From the NCBI RefSeq assembly GCF_001949145.1, contig NW_019091356.1:4880934-4920582 (forward strand): DNA of 39,649 bases. Reading direction: 5' to 3'. The notes under the pieces are model-generated. The model made no database searches. It was not told the origin of the DNA and worked only from the letters and a program-made list of their open reading frames with translations. The stretch comes from Acanthaster planci (Eukaryota). Positions 12,601 to 23,371 of the stretch are shown here, piece after piece (the stretch's first letter is position 1; every line of letters begins with the position of its first letter). Both the position numbers and the translations under genes were made by a program.

Positions 12601-15600
12601 CAGAGTGGACACCCTGCTCGTTAATATGCGGCATAGGTCAGAGGTCACGCGACCGTTCTCATGTCCGGTCACCGAATGGCGGTGCTGAGTGTAATAGCAC
12701 AGAGACTCATCAGGACGAATTTTGCAACGTAAATCCTTGCCCTAGTAAGTTTCTTTTCACACCTCATAAACCTAACCTTTGGTGTTGGGGTTTTCGAAAT
12801 TTTGCAGATTACCTTGTTAAGACAGGTACCCCTCATTATCAGTAATGGAAAACAAAGAAAAACAAAGATTTGGACTTAAAACTGACGTTGATATAAACAT
12901 GGCATTGTGTTAACTATGCTCTTCCTCTCAGTGTTCGACTGTATATTGAACCTTCTTAATCGAGTCCTGCTTTTTTCCTAACTTGATGTAAGCCTCACTA
13001 TGAATTTTACGACAACTGCAACTTCTGAAAGTGAATTTCTCTCAAATCATGTCATGAAAAACCAGTTTTAATGTTTGTAATTAATTGTAGCTGATGGTAA
13101 CTGGACCTCTTGGAGTGCCTGGGCTGACTGTGACAAGACCTGTAACGGTGGTACCTCATTTAGATATCGCAACTGCAGTAACCCACCCCCTAAGAATGGT
13201 GGTAAAGATTGTGAAGGGGTTCCACTGGAAACCAAAGTTTGCAACCCCAACAAATGTGGTAAGAAAGCTGGTACAAAGTAGATCAAATAGTAAAAATGCT
13301 GTCACCTGTGCAATTTTCCAGATGAGGGTTGCATGGAATCACAGGTAAATTATTTCACGGAGATGTAAAGTTATTGATCATATTGAATATCACATTAACT
13401 ATTACATGTAGGCCAGTTCATTTTGTTCATAGTAATTAGGCCTTTTACTTTGAAAAGCAATTTAAAAACTTAAACCATTAACTTAAACCTAGAGATTAAA
13501 TTCTCTTCATTTTTTAGTAACAATTACATATCCACTTTGTTTGGAATTCAGGTACTTATTGTGAAGGTGGCCGTGTCTATGACCCTGACTGTGCAACTCG
13601 TTGCCCTTTGACCTGTGCTGACCTGCAGCTTGGGTCACTCTGTATTGAGGAAGCATGTGAGCCTGGTTGCCGGTGTCCTGACGATATGTTGGAGCAGGAT
13701 GGGGAGTGTATCTTGCAGAGGGATTGTGATTGCTGGGATGAGTCAGGGCACAGACATGCCCCTGGCTCTTTTACAGTAGAAGACTGCCGCAATTGGTATA
13801 TTTTACCAACTTAAATTCTTTAATTTACAATTTGGTAATTCATCTATTGCTCATTGTGCCCTTCCATGCAAATTATATTTGGACTTGTGCCCATTATGGG
13901 ATTTCCCCCTCTCATCATAAGATGTATTGAATAGTGACTTTGAGAAATAAGAGTGGTGAGACGAACCCGGGGATAAATGTAAGCCTGCCAACCTTGGGTA
14001 ATGACATCTTGAAGGCAACATTCCCTGTAACAATATTTGTTTTGTTATCTCTGTTACAGCACTTGTTTAAATGGTCGTTACACTTGTGTTGAGATCCCAT
14101 GTGCTGTGGATTGTAGTTGGACTGCATGGACGAAATGGACAGACTGCTCGAAAACATGCGGAACAGGCTCTCAACTCAGATTCAGGTAAACTTTGAAAGG
14201 CAGATTTTGATTGAAATTTTTCAAGTGATAATGGTATGAAACTATAGAAGTCAGTTTAACATGTTTAACCTTGAGGCAAATTGCAGATTTTGAGCCCTAT
14301 AAAACATTCTGTGGCAGGGTATCAATCTTTTCTGCTAATCATTTTTGCATTGAATTGGTTTTGTTGCTAGATCACCCAACAATCCAGCAGCATCTAATGG
14401 AGGTCTTGAATGCTACGGATCCAATCAGGAGGAACAAAACTGTAACGTTGAAGATTGCCCTTCAGGTTGTATATATGGCAATGAGACGTATGCTGATGGG
14501 GAAATTGTGACTCGGGATATGTGCAATACTTGGTAAGAAAATGGATCGCCCAATTCAACTTGGAATTCTATTAAAATATGCCTGAAAGTATCAGGCATGT
14601 CCAGAAGAAGTTCAAATACAAAATTAGCCTGGTTTAGCCTAGTGTATGATAGCTTCTCAGTTTTGCTGGTTAATAAGTTTGGCGTTTCGCAAGAATCTTT
14701 CTGAATCGTTGCAAGTCGAAAGCCAAATTTGTTTCTTAATTCCAAATGAAACATTGTCCTCAAGAAATGATGTCAGGTTTTCAGTTGGTAACCGTAACAT
14801 CTGTAATTTACATTTTGCATCAGCACATGCGTGAACAGTGTCCTCAATTGTACCGAGAATGTATGCGACGGTGGTTGGTCAACATGGTCTCCATGGTCTA
14901 TATGTAATGCAACATGCAATGGCGGAATTACGGTACGATCACGATCTTGTTCATTGCCACCTCCAAGTAATGGAGGAGCTGTGTGCGAAGGTGATGGGAT
15001 GGAGGTTGAAGAGTGCAATACAGACCAATGTCCTGGTGAGTGTGACTCACACATACACATAAACACATCGCACATATGTGAAATGTTCATTGAAATTTGC
15101 CTCCGCCTCTACTCCAGAGTGCACAAATCAAAACGTACAGGCTGTGTCAGGTGCCGTAATTTTCAAGCCACCATTTTTGTTAATCCCCCTTTGAAGTTTT
15201 AACTTGATTTCCTAATTTAAGAAAGGACCATTGTAAATCTTTGCACGTTTCCTGTGAAAGGCAATGATGGATTACAAAGTTCTTTTTAAAGATTGAAATT
15301 GAAACCACTTCTTCAGATTCGTATTGTATTTGTAAGTCATAAAGGTAAAAACAGAAGTAAATTTCTCATCTCATGTAGCATTAATTGTGAGACTTTTTCT
15401 TCTTCTAGTTGATGGCGGGTGGTGCAGTTGGTCATCATGGAGTAATTGTAGCAAAGATTGTGATGTTGGCTCCAAGGAACGCTCTCGTGTTTGTGACTGC
15501 CCAGCAACTGCCTATGGAGGCAAAGAATGCCCAGGAGTAGATACAGAGCAGATGGATTGTAATGTAGATCCATGTCCTGGTAAGCATTGTCCGTGAGACA

Positions 15601-18600
15601 TGTTAGGAGTGTATACCTTCCTGTCAGGATACCGACAAGTGAGAAGATGAAAAGAACACAACTTTCAAATTATCCTTTCACTAGATCTGCTCCTAGTAGA
15701 ACACCCTGTGTGCTCTACTTCTCGATGAGTACTGGAAATTGCCTGGAATCTAGTGACGTTCTAACATTTTTGTCACTGTTTGTGTAGTTGATTGTCAGAC
15801 AGACGAATGGTCGGACTGGAGTTCTTGCTCAGCCACATGTGATGGTGGTACATCAAAAAGGTATCGTAATATCACCGTGCCTGCTCAGTATGGAGGGGAG
15901 AAATGCCAAGTGGCATTGGTAGAGATGAAACATTGTGGAGTGGAACCTTGCACAGGTGAGTTACCGTGGTGAAAATGAATCGGTTACTGTGAATATTGCC
16001 CATTATTTTTGTCTCTTCTGCAGTTTTTCTCCAAGCTCACATTCCTCAGGCATCATTGAAAATTAGAATATTCTGTTGTTCCTTTATTAGTCTGTGAGGA
16101 AGGCTTGGCTGAAGATGAATGTGCCAATCGATGTCCAAGTAACTGTGCTGATCTGCAGAATGGGGCTGTGTGCATAGTTGAGAACTGTACCAAAGGCTGC
16201 CATTGCCCAGAAAATATGGTAAATCATTCTATGTTGGATCACTGTGAAGCAGTGGTTTTCAAACAGGTCATCACAAGTTTCATTGAATAGCCAATAACTT
16301 GTATTCTTGTATTCGTCACATAATGGTGGTTAAAGGACAAATTCGCTGCCCTTCTTTCCTGTTTTTTAAGCTTATTTTACATGTAAAAAGTTTACAAAAA
16401 TAAAAGTTATTTAGTGTATGTTGGCATGAATTACCATGGGTTTTTGCATCCGATAACAATTTATTATATTGTTTCATTTCATCCTTGGTAGGTTTTACAA
16501 GATGTCCAGTGTGTGTATCAGCCTGAATGTCGCTGTGTCTTAGATCTATTCATCTTAGGTCTTGAATCTGACAAGATTGTCATTCCCGATAATATCGGCT
16601 CCTTTCAACTTACTGATGGCTCCGTTCAGTATCAGCCAGGGGCAACCATTTATCATCAATGCAACAATTGGTAAGTGTCAGTGTTTGGGCACAGCATTTG
16701 ACTCAAAATTCGAACCTGGATTGTTTGCATTACAGAGGTCCATTACCGCACTCTTAGCTGTGCAGGAACTCATGTTATTAAAGCTTTGTTACTTTGTTTC
16801 AATCAATGAAGCATGAAAAGAGACCAGAGATTCGTGCATAGAGTTTACATAACAGTGTTGTATGGGCACAGCTAATCAAACTTTATCTTTTTTTTTCCAA
16901 CCCGACAGTACTTGTAGCAGCGGCTCATTTGTGTGTACTGACTTGGATTGTAAAGGTAGGCTTTGCTTTAGTTTCCTTTGATATATTCTCAGTGTGACCA
17001 GCAACAGCTACCCATAGTAGGATTTGATTTTTGGCGAGCTGCGAAGCAAGTGCAAGACTATGTAATACCGATTTCCGTCTTCTGTCTGTCCATCCGTCCG
17101 TCCATCCGTCCGGCCATCCTCAAATGTTAAAGTTTTGCAGGTCCGTAAGTGTTAAAATGTGCCGTTATGAGTGCTTGTTTGCTTCCTTTTATAATTCCAT
17201 CAGTATTTAAATAGTCTCGTATGGCATTAATGCTTAGAAACTTACGAATTTAATGAAAAATTATAAAAGTTGAATGTTAATGTTTTGAGTTGTATTGTGT
17301 ACTTACATTGTAGTACCTACAGTACATATGTACTGAGCACTCCTATAATGTACATGTATGTATGTATAGACAGTGTTTAGACACATACAAATGTACATGT
17401 ACAGTATGAGGGGAAAATGTAAGGGATGGGGGGACTCCAAGTGATAAATTAGGATGTTTGTTGGGGGAGGGGTACCTGTAGGAGGAGGCTTATGGGGACA
17501 AAGTACAGGTATGTAGAAAGTGGATGATATGCTGGATAAGGTTGGCGTAACGGCTGCGCTGGATTAGTGGGATGATGAGACAGCCAGAGTAAGAAGTGAA
17601 GGGAATGACGGGGAGGGGGCAGAGTAGGAAATGGATGGAAAGATAAGGTGGATGTAGGATTGGAGATAGATGGGATAAGGGGTGGAGTCAAAGTAGACAC
17701 GGTAGATATGGGATGATGGGGTATGGATGATAGGGGTAAAATTGTAGAGGATACGATGATACAAAGTGCAGAACTGTACTTTAGAGGAATTTTTATTATG
17801 CACCATCCATCAAACTCACAAATGCACTGCTTATAAATCATCTAGGTCTAGTCTGACTGTACTGGACCCACACTCAATAGGCATTCTTCTCTCCTGTAAA
17901 GAACTGTGACACCTTTGTACCTGTATCTCTCTTGTTGGTAGTCTTTGTTGATTTACTTTCAAATGACAGGCGCCTTTTAACACACAGTCTGCACACAGCA
18001 CTGACTAGGTTTTTCTCCTAGAGTATAATGAATTTTATTGTTAAGGTCGATAAAATATCTTATACATCTGTATTGCACTCGTGTATCAACCAATCTTGTG
18101 AAAATTTTGATGAATCTTGGTTAGTATTTTCTTGTTTAATTTAGTAACCATATTAAACTTGGATGTCTCAATCTTTCCTGTTATTACAGGAAAGAAATTC
18201 AACTTCATATCAAGCAGCAAGCCATGGCGGCTTTGCCATTCTAGTTATAGATCAAAAGAGTGAACAGCTCTACCAGTTAGCAGGTGGACTAATTGGTGGC
18301 CCTCACCATAGCTAGTTGTAAAATGACTTTACTTTTCTTTTGATATTTTCAGTGATAAGTTCAATCTGTCATTGTATTCCCTGTTTATTCAGTGGACTGT
18401 GGTTGGAGTGAATGGTCTGAATGGTCTGAATGTTCAGCAACTTGTGGTCGAGGAGATAGTGGCAAGTTCCGACGGAGATTCCCCAATAATCCCCAGGCAT
18501 CACACGGTGGGATGCAGTGTGAAGGGGATAATGTTGAATATGCAGCTTGCGATCTTGAAGATTGCCGTGAGTTGGATTAGAAATGTCTGCATATCAGTCT

Positions 18601-20309
18601 GTTGTTTTGCGTTTACTTTTTGGAGCAAATGTTTGTGCAGTATGTGTACCGAGGATCAGAAATTATTACCCTATTGTCTTTGATCATTTGACTTCAAATC
18701 ATGTTTTGCAAAGTTGTGAGTGAAGACCCTTCTTAAGATCTTGGGGTTTGGAAGGATTTTCAAATAATGAAAGCTGTGAAAGTCGTCAGGTTCATTCTGT
18801 GATTTTCCCTTTGTGTTTTGTTGTAGCTTGCGGTGACAATGAATTCTGGAACTATCAAACCACGAACTGCTCCTCAACCTGCCATGATCTTCATGGCACC
18901 CTAATTGCAACTTCAGAGCCTGTCACCTGCAGTGATGCTCTTCAGGAATCATGCACCTGCTTACCTGGCTATTATCACAATAGTTCTGGCAAGTGTGTCT
19001 TGCCCAAAGAGTGCGAATGTTGGGATAAGAATGGTGTGATGCGTCGCCATGACGATGTGTGGATGAAGGATGAGTGTACCATCTGCAGTTGTGTCAATGG
19101 AGAGATGGTTTGCAAAAGTGACTGCCAACCGGTCAGCTGCCCTGCTGTGAGTAAATCATTAAAATGCTTAAATTGCCCATGTTGTCATGACTTTTTTGAA
19201 CCATGCATGCACCTCATGCCACAAAACATTTGTCACATTTTCTTGGAAAACCACATACCATATATTGCCTATACCCTAATGGTAGAGTGGAGCAAATATT
19301 GTATTGCTGAAGTGGCAAAATCACCAAGGAAATTTGTACCTTGAGGTCCGTTTATGACCTAATCAGTTTCTTAAATCGCTGTTGAAGCATCTTCAGTCAA
19401 TAAGAAGATGACAGTTTGCCCATTGGTCATTCCCCAGAATTGTTAGAATGTTGGCACAGTGTTTGGACAACTTGCTAGTCTGAATCCTGCATCAGTCATC
19501 TGACATTACTTTTTTTTATTGGTTAACGCTAAAATGTAATTTTAATTCCTGCAGGGGCTTGCACCAGTCTTTGACGATAGTCAGTGCTGTCCAGTTTGTC
19601 GCAAAGTTTCGGGTAAGATGGTGGCTTTGAGTTCAACTTTTTAGTCACTGTTAGCGCAAGTGTCTTGTCAGGTTGGACTTTCAATTGCAACATATATAAT
19701 TTATAATTGAAGTTGCCAATGATGCATATTTCTAAACGTGTATTTTTACATTAGTGGAAGGTGTCATTTAACAAGCAACAATTGCTGTTTTGAAGCAGTG
19801 ACACTTGCCTCCCTGTTTGAATTTTTCAGAGCCAGAGTCTTGCAGCTTAATCCATGAAAGCCAGACAGTAACCAACTCGCTCGGCTGTATTGCTCACAAT
19901 GTCAGTGTTGCATCATGTGATGGGCACTGTCGGTCACGATCACACACTGTCCTCCTCGAGCCTTACATCCAACAGGATTGCAGCTGTTGTCATGGTGATG
20001 TGGAATCTGTCACGTTGATAACGTTGATCTGTCCAGACGGTACCACAGCTCAGGCTCCTATCGCTCAAATTGCTCGATGTCGATGTAAAGAGGCCCTTTG
20101 CTCCCTAGAAGGTAAGAAATGTTTCCTTACCTTGGATTCTAGTTAAATCACGGGTCGATTGCTTAGCAATATTTATTATTGAAGTAAAACCTTGTCCAAA
20201 ATTGAATCCCAATGCTGCTTCCAGAATTCGGTTTTTATTGAATAAAAAGTCCTTTCTTACACTTTTTTGGTTTAATTTAGTGCCTCAAGCTACTGTTCCT
20301 GTTCTCTGA
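53..20309 (+). CDS. SSPO: SCO-spondin-like gene A, 5'-truncated by the window; multi-exon secreted ECM/mucin-like glycoprotein
   Basis: Hand-spliced GT-AG exons with consistent phases: 53-196, 430-523, 643-689, 810-920, 1198-1311, 1461-1583, 1747-1815, 2285-2425, 2640-6123, 6322-6647, 7177-7324, 7564-7743, 8273-12164, 12383-12487, 12571-12744, 13091-13258, 13552-13795, 14060-14185, 14371-14532, 14824-15035, 15409-15579, 15788-15955, 16091-16218, 16492-16670, 16909-16955, 18393-18566, 18827-19146, 19555-19612, 19830-20111, 20281-20309 (stop TGA). The order TIL-LDLa-FA58C-LDLa-TSP1/TIL/VWC-CTCK is the SCO-spondin architecture. The symbol means SSPO-like; orthology is not established. Confidence 0.88.
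810..2425 (+). CDS. Gene A exons: four LDL-receptor class A repeats and a Thr-rich linker
   Basis: One LDLa per phase 1-1 exon: [24 protein letters not shown] (810-920), [24 protein letters not shown] (1198-1311), [26 protein letters not shown] (1461-1583), [24 protein letters not shown] (2285-2425). Linker [12 protein letters not shown]... at 1747-1815. Confidence 0.9.
2640..6123 (+). CDS. Gene A giant exon 1: LDLa followed by a mucin-like Pro/Thr/Ser repeat domain
   Basis: Acceptor ttttgaag|G at 2640 and donor CCTG|gtaag at 6123. Encodes [24 protein letters not shown], then 8-aa repeats [24 protein letters not shown]. Contains N gaps 4140-4355 and 5528-5840, so continuity is assumed. Confidence 0.85.
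3090..6065 (+). repeat. Coding 24-bp minisatellite, consensus close to accacaccctatgtgccagaggta (TTPYVPEV)
   Basis: Directly visible tandem 24-nt units with recurring variant order; interrupted by two assembly gaps. Ends are approximate. Confidence 0.95.
6322..7324 (+). CDS. Gene A exons: F5/8 type C (discoidin, FA58C) domain
   Basis: Exons 6322-6647 and 7177-7324 give [44 protein letters not shown] / [27 protein letters not shown], the characteristic FA58C motifs. Confidence 0.92.
6823..7088. mobile_element. Degenerate MITE-like element in the FA58C intron
   Basis: Perfect 13-bp inverted repeat agcggcacaagat (6841-6853) / atcttgtgccgct (7049-7061), with outer imperfect arms tataaccaaaga / tctttgctata. 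CpG-richer than the surrounding intron. Confidence 0.55.
7564..7743 (+). CDS. Gene A exon: Thr-rich linker plus LDLa
   Basis: [60 protein letters not shown]; cag| acceptor and |gtgag donor. Confidence 0.9.
8273..12164 (+). CDS. Gene A giant exon 2: mucin-like repeat domain ending in an LDLa
   Basis: Acceptor ttttcag|G at 8273 and donor TGTG|gtgag at 12164. More degenerate [16 protein letters not shown] repeats, an N gap at 9179-9608, and terminal [35 protein letters not shown]. Confidence 0.85.
8888..12040 (+). repeat. Second coding 24-bp minisatellite array with interspersed ~340-bp duplicated blocks
   Basis: Same 8-aa unit family as the first array. A block starting [14 protein letters not shown] recurs at about 8656, 10379 and 11138. 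Confidence 0.9.
12571..18566 (+). CDS. Gene A exons: seven thrombospondin type 1 repeats interspersed with TIL and VWC-like modules
   Basis: WxxWxxCSxxCG..RxR motifs in exons 12571-12744, 13091-13258, 14060-14185 plus 14371-14532, 14824-15035, 15409-15579, 15788-15955 and 18393-18566. TIL (C..CPxxCADLQ..C..GCxCP) in 13552-13795 and 16091-16218. Confidence 0.9.
17028..18246 (+). mobile_element. Non-autonomous Helentron/HINE (DINE-1-like) element
   Basis: T-run, then sub-terminal IR tggcgagctgc (17032-17042) pairing 9/11 with gcagcaagcca (18214-18224). (TCCG/TCCA)n microsatellite near 17085-17119. 3' hairpin atggc-ggcttt-gccat (18224-18239) followed by ctagtt (18241-18246). Confidence 0.7.
18827..19612 (+). 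CDS. Gene A exons: TIL plus von Willebrand factor type C domain
   Basis: [28 protein letters not shown], then [26 protein letters not shown] / [15 protein letters not shown]. Confidence 0.88.
19830..20309 (+). CDS. Gene A terminal exons: C-terminal cystine knot (CTCK) and stop
   Basis: [27 protein letters not shown] has the CxGxC, CxCC and CxC spacing of the VWF/mucin/SCO-spondin CTCK. Last exon VPQATVPVL* at 20281-20309. Confidence 0.9.
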
Positions 20310-21150
20310 GAGACAACTGATGAAGAGGAAGGGAGTGACTGTGTTGCATTGACTACGGTCAAATTCTTAGTAAAAAATTCTTCTATTTAGATTTGTTGGA
20401 ATAAAGTTGTTTAGTTCCGTGATGTAACGTGAGAAATTATTTGAAAGCATTTTGATCATTATCGCAGAACTTTGTTCTTAGTTACCTTAAATTTAAATCC
20501 TGACTGTATATGCATGAGTAATAAATGTATGAAAATTATTGTATTTTATTCCAATATTTTTTTTATATATTTTTTTTTTAGCTTGGCTTAGAGCACAGTT
20601 AACAGTTTCATGCCCAATCTACATTTTATTTTAAATCTTACAAGTGTATGGATTATAAATTTCGGGCAAGACAAAAAAACATTATGTTTGATAATGATGG
20701 TCTCCAAATGTACTCTCTAGACGGAGTGAAGAAAGACGTACCATTTGCATGTACTTGTTGAAGTACGAAAATTGAACAGAACGTGCCAGATTAATTGAGC
20801 TTTATTTGTGTAAGTTCATTTTCAGCTGAACTTCATGATAGAAATGATATTCAATCGATCCTTGGTAGCGGCAATAATTTGTAGACCTTAACCTTGTCCG
20901 AATGACTTGGCTACGGCAAGGTTTAACACACGTGACTATGGAGGGCAGTGTTTAGCTGCTACAATTTTTGTCCTTGGACCTGTTTTCTCCTTGCATCTAA
21001 GTCATGCAGATGCGGTCTCACTCCTGAGAACCTAATGTGTATGACGTCTCATAGGCAGGTTTTCATTCAATGACTCAGTTGGTGATTCTTACTATCAGGT
21101 GAATGATTTCTACATCTGTATCTCTTCTGTAGAGTCACTTCAGTAACCTG

Positions 21151-21156
21151 AATAAA
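21151..21156 (+). terminator. Candidate polyadenylation signal of gene A
   Basis: AATAAA followed about 15-30 nt later by a GT-rich tract (ttttggtgtgtgtggg). Alternative AATAAA hexamers at 20400 and 20520. Confidence 0.4.
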
Positions 21157-22369
21157 ATATCAGCAATCAAGATTTTGGTGTGTGTGGGTAATGTTGTAAG
21201 CAACTTGTAATGTGTCAAAAGGCATCAGAACTTATCCCTTCCTGTTCATCTCCGCTTTCCTTACTTCCACCTCGGTGAAAAACGCTTCAGACTCACTTTA
21301 GTAAAGAAATTTGTAATTTTCCTTGGATCGCAACTCGAAACATGGCTACGTCGAATGATTGTCAACCTGCTGCAACTTTTTGAACTTAGTCCTGTCGGAC
21401 AACAGGAGTTTGTCTTTTAGTAAACGGCGACAGCTGATTTGTAAGTCGTCATACAATGGCTATGAAGTGTATAGGCCTAGACCTATGCATGTACAGCACC
21501 AGGTTAACTGTCTTTTGCCGGGGAGTGCAAACCTATGCATTAAGAGAGGCAAATTTTGCACCTCTTTGCATCGTGGTACCAATCATCGGCCATTTTGGTA
21601 ACGCTGTCCAGGTAACTGCGTATTGTTACCAACATGTTCGTTAATACTCTCACTTTGAGCGAGTTTAATATCTCGCACATTTTTCTGTTGGGCCTGGGAG
21701 GCAACGGCTATGTTAGGCGAGGATTGCTGATCGCTAGGAAAGGCTAATGTTGACATCACAGGAAGTAAGTTTGTAGGAGTGAAAAACACGTTTCTATCTC
21801 TCGGCAACATGAGGTCAATAGAAAGATGTGGCAGTGGTACTTGAACTTGACTCAGTAACCAACACATTTACCCGAAGTGTCAGCCATTTGTCTCACTTCA
21901 ATGTAAATTGGATCTAGGAAATGTTGATGTTAGATGACCAATGAGCTAGAAGGCTGTTGAAACGACCCTTTCTTGTACTTTGACAATCTTTGACTAAGTC
22001 ACCTTATTTGGTCTTTGTAGATTGCACGTACGGTAAAGTGTATTTGAGTGTGTGTGTTTAGAATTCATTACAGAAAGCTTGGCTACAGTATTTCACTTCC
22101 GTAGTGCGGTTGCTGAGTGTTGCTGTGATACGTTAATGTTCCACCTCCATTTCGTTAGTTTTTATTGCTACAAGCTTATTCAATGCACGTGTTATACCGA
22201 TGCTGACTGTAAAGAGGGACGCCCGGGGCTAGGGTGTGTTTAGACTGTGAAACATCATTAGATAATCAGGTTTAATCACGAGATTTGTCTCTTTCCATTT
22301 CAATTTCATTAATCTATCAATCTCAGGACATTTTGCGTTCTATGTCAGCGCCTTTCTACCTCTTCAACT

Positions 22370-23371
22370 ATGGAGAATTCGACACTGAGTGAAACTTTTG
22401 TTCAGACAACTGAACCAGCATTTATGGTGTATACGTCCTATTTCATGAGGCAGATATTTGCGGCATTGAGTATTACCTTAGCCGTCGTTGGACTTGTTGG
22501 TAACGCAATGGTCATCCTGGCCGTGCCACTGTCGAAGAAACTACGTACAGTCGCCAATGCTTTTGTGATAAACCTCAGTATTAGCGATTTGATAACTTGT
22601 GCGCTTCTCCCTATTGAGGCTATGGCTGTATTGAGTGAAGATGGCTGGCCGCTCCCACACGCTTACTGGCTGTGTGTGATGACTAGTGTCTTCATCATTC
22701 TCAGCACGGGTTGCAGCTCGACGAATTTGGCCCTCATAGCCATCAATCGATGGGTACGAATCACCAGACCACGCATCGTTGCTCATCGTATTTACACTTG
22801 GCGTAAAATCACCCTGATGTTGGTATTCTCGTGGCTGATGCCTCTTTGCGTGACCCTAGTCCCACCACTGGCTGGGTTTGGTGAACTTGGCTACGAACCT
22901 CGATATAGCTTTTGCGCCTGGGTTAAAGCCAACCCTAAGTCTTTCCACCACAACATTATTGTAGGAGTCTTCTATGCTCCCATCCAACTCATCATCATTA
23001 CGTTTTGCTACGGTTCGATTTTCCGGTACATGGTCAAGACATCCCGTCGCATGGTCCAACACGAAGTTAACACTGTCTCAAGCTTTGTGAGCGGCTCAAA
23101 CACGTCCATACAAAAGACTCTTTGGAAAAGGCAAATCATAGTTACTAAAAACTTAGTCTACGTTGTTTGTACATTTATGGTTTGTTTGTTTCTCTTCTTG
23201 TTTTCTCTCTTGCCATTGGGATATGACTGGAGCATTCGAATGACGCCTTACATCTTTGCTATTGTGTACTGTAACTGTATCATTGATCCGATCATCTACG
23301 CAGCGTCGCACCCAGATTTCAAGGACGTTTTCAGATACATGGTTAGATGCCGATGGAGGAATACCCCTTAA
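22370..23371 (+). CDS. Class A (rhodopsin-like) GPCR with intronless CDS, GPR84/Moody/melatonin-receptor-like orphan group
   Basis: 333-aa ORF with seven hydrophobic segments: N-terminal sequon NST, TM1 GLVGN, TM2 NLSISDL, TM3 LALIAINRW, TM4 SWLMP, ECL2 Cys (SFCAW), TM5 FCYGSIF, TM7 NCIIDPIIY, helix 8 HPDFKDVF. A pyrimidine tract and cag at 22324-22326 suggest a 5'UTR intron. The subfamily call is by recognition only. Confidence 0.93.
   Translation: MENSTLSETFVQTTEPAFMVYTSYFMRQIFAALSITLAVVGLVGNAMVILAVPLSKKLRTVANAFVINLSISDLITCALLPIEAMAVLSEDGWPLPHAYWLCVMTSVFIILSTGCSSTNLALIAINRWVRITRPRIVAHRIYTWRKITLMLVFSWLMPLCVTLVPPLAGFGELGYEPRYSFCAWVKANPKSFHHNIIVGVFYAPIQLIIITFCYGSIFRYMVKTSRRMVQHEVNTVSSFVSGSNTSIQKTLWKRQIIVTKNLVYVVCTFMVCLFLFLFSLLPLGYDWSIRMTPYIFAIVYCNCIIDPIIYAASHPDFKDVFRYMVRCRWRNTP

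Noticed and set aside
17449..17841. 130-aa Pro/Ser/His-rich minus-strand ORF
   Set aside because: Translation of the low-complexity purine tract within the intronic element; no recognisable domain.
18464..18478. KFRRR as a furin cleavage site
   Set aside because: It coincides with the structural RxR motif of TSP1 strand B.
21359..22243. Short ORFs (62-94 aa) between gene A and the GPCR
   Set aside because: No domain similarity or splice-consistent linkage; expected by chance.
22370..23371. GPCR as a possible opsin
   Set aside because: The position equivalent to the retinal-binding Lys (six residues before the N/D of NPxxY) is Tyr.
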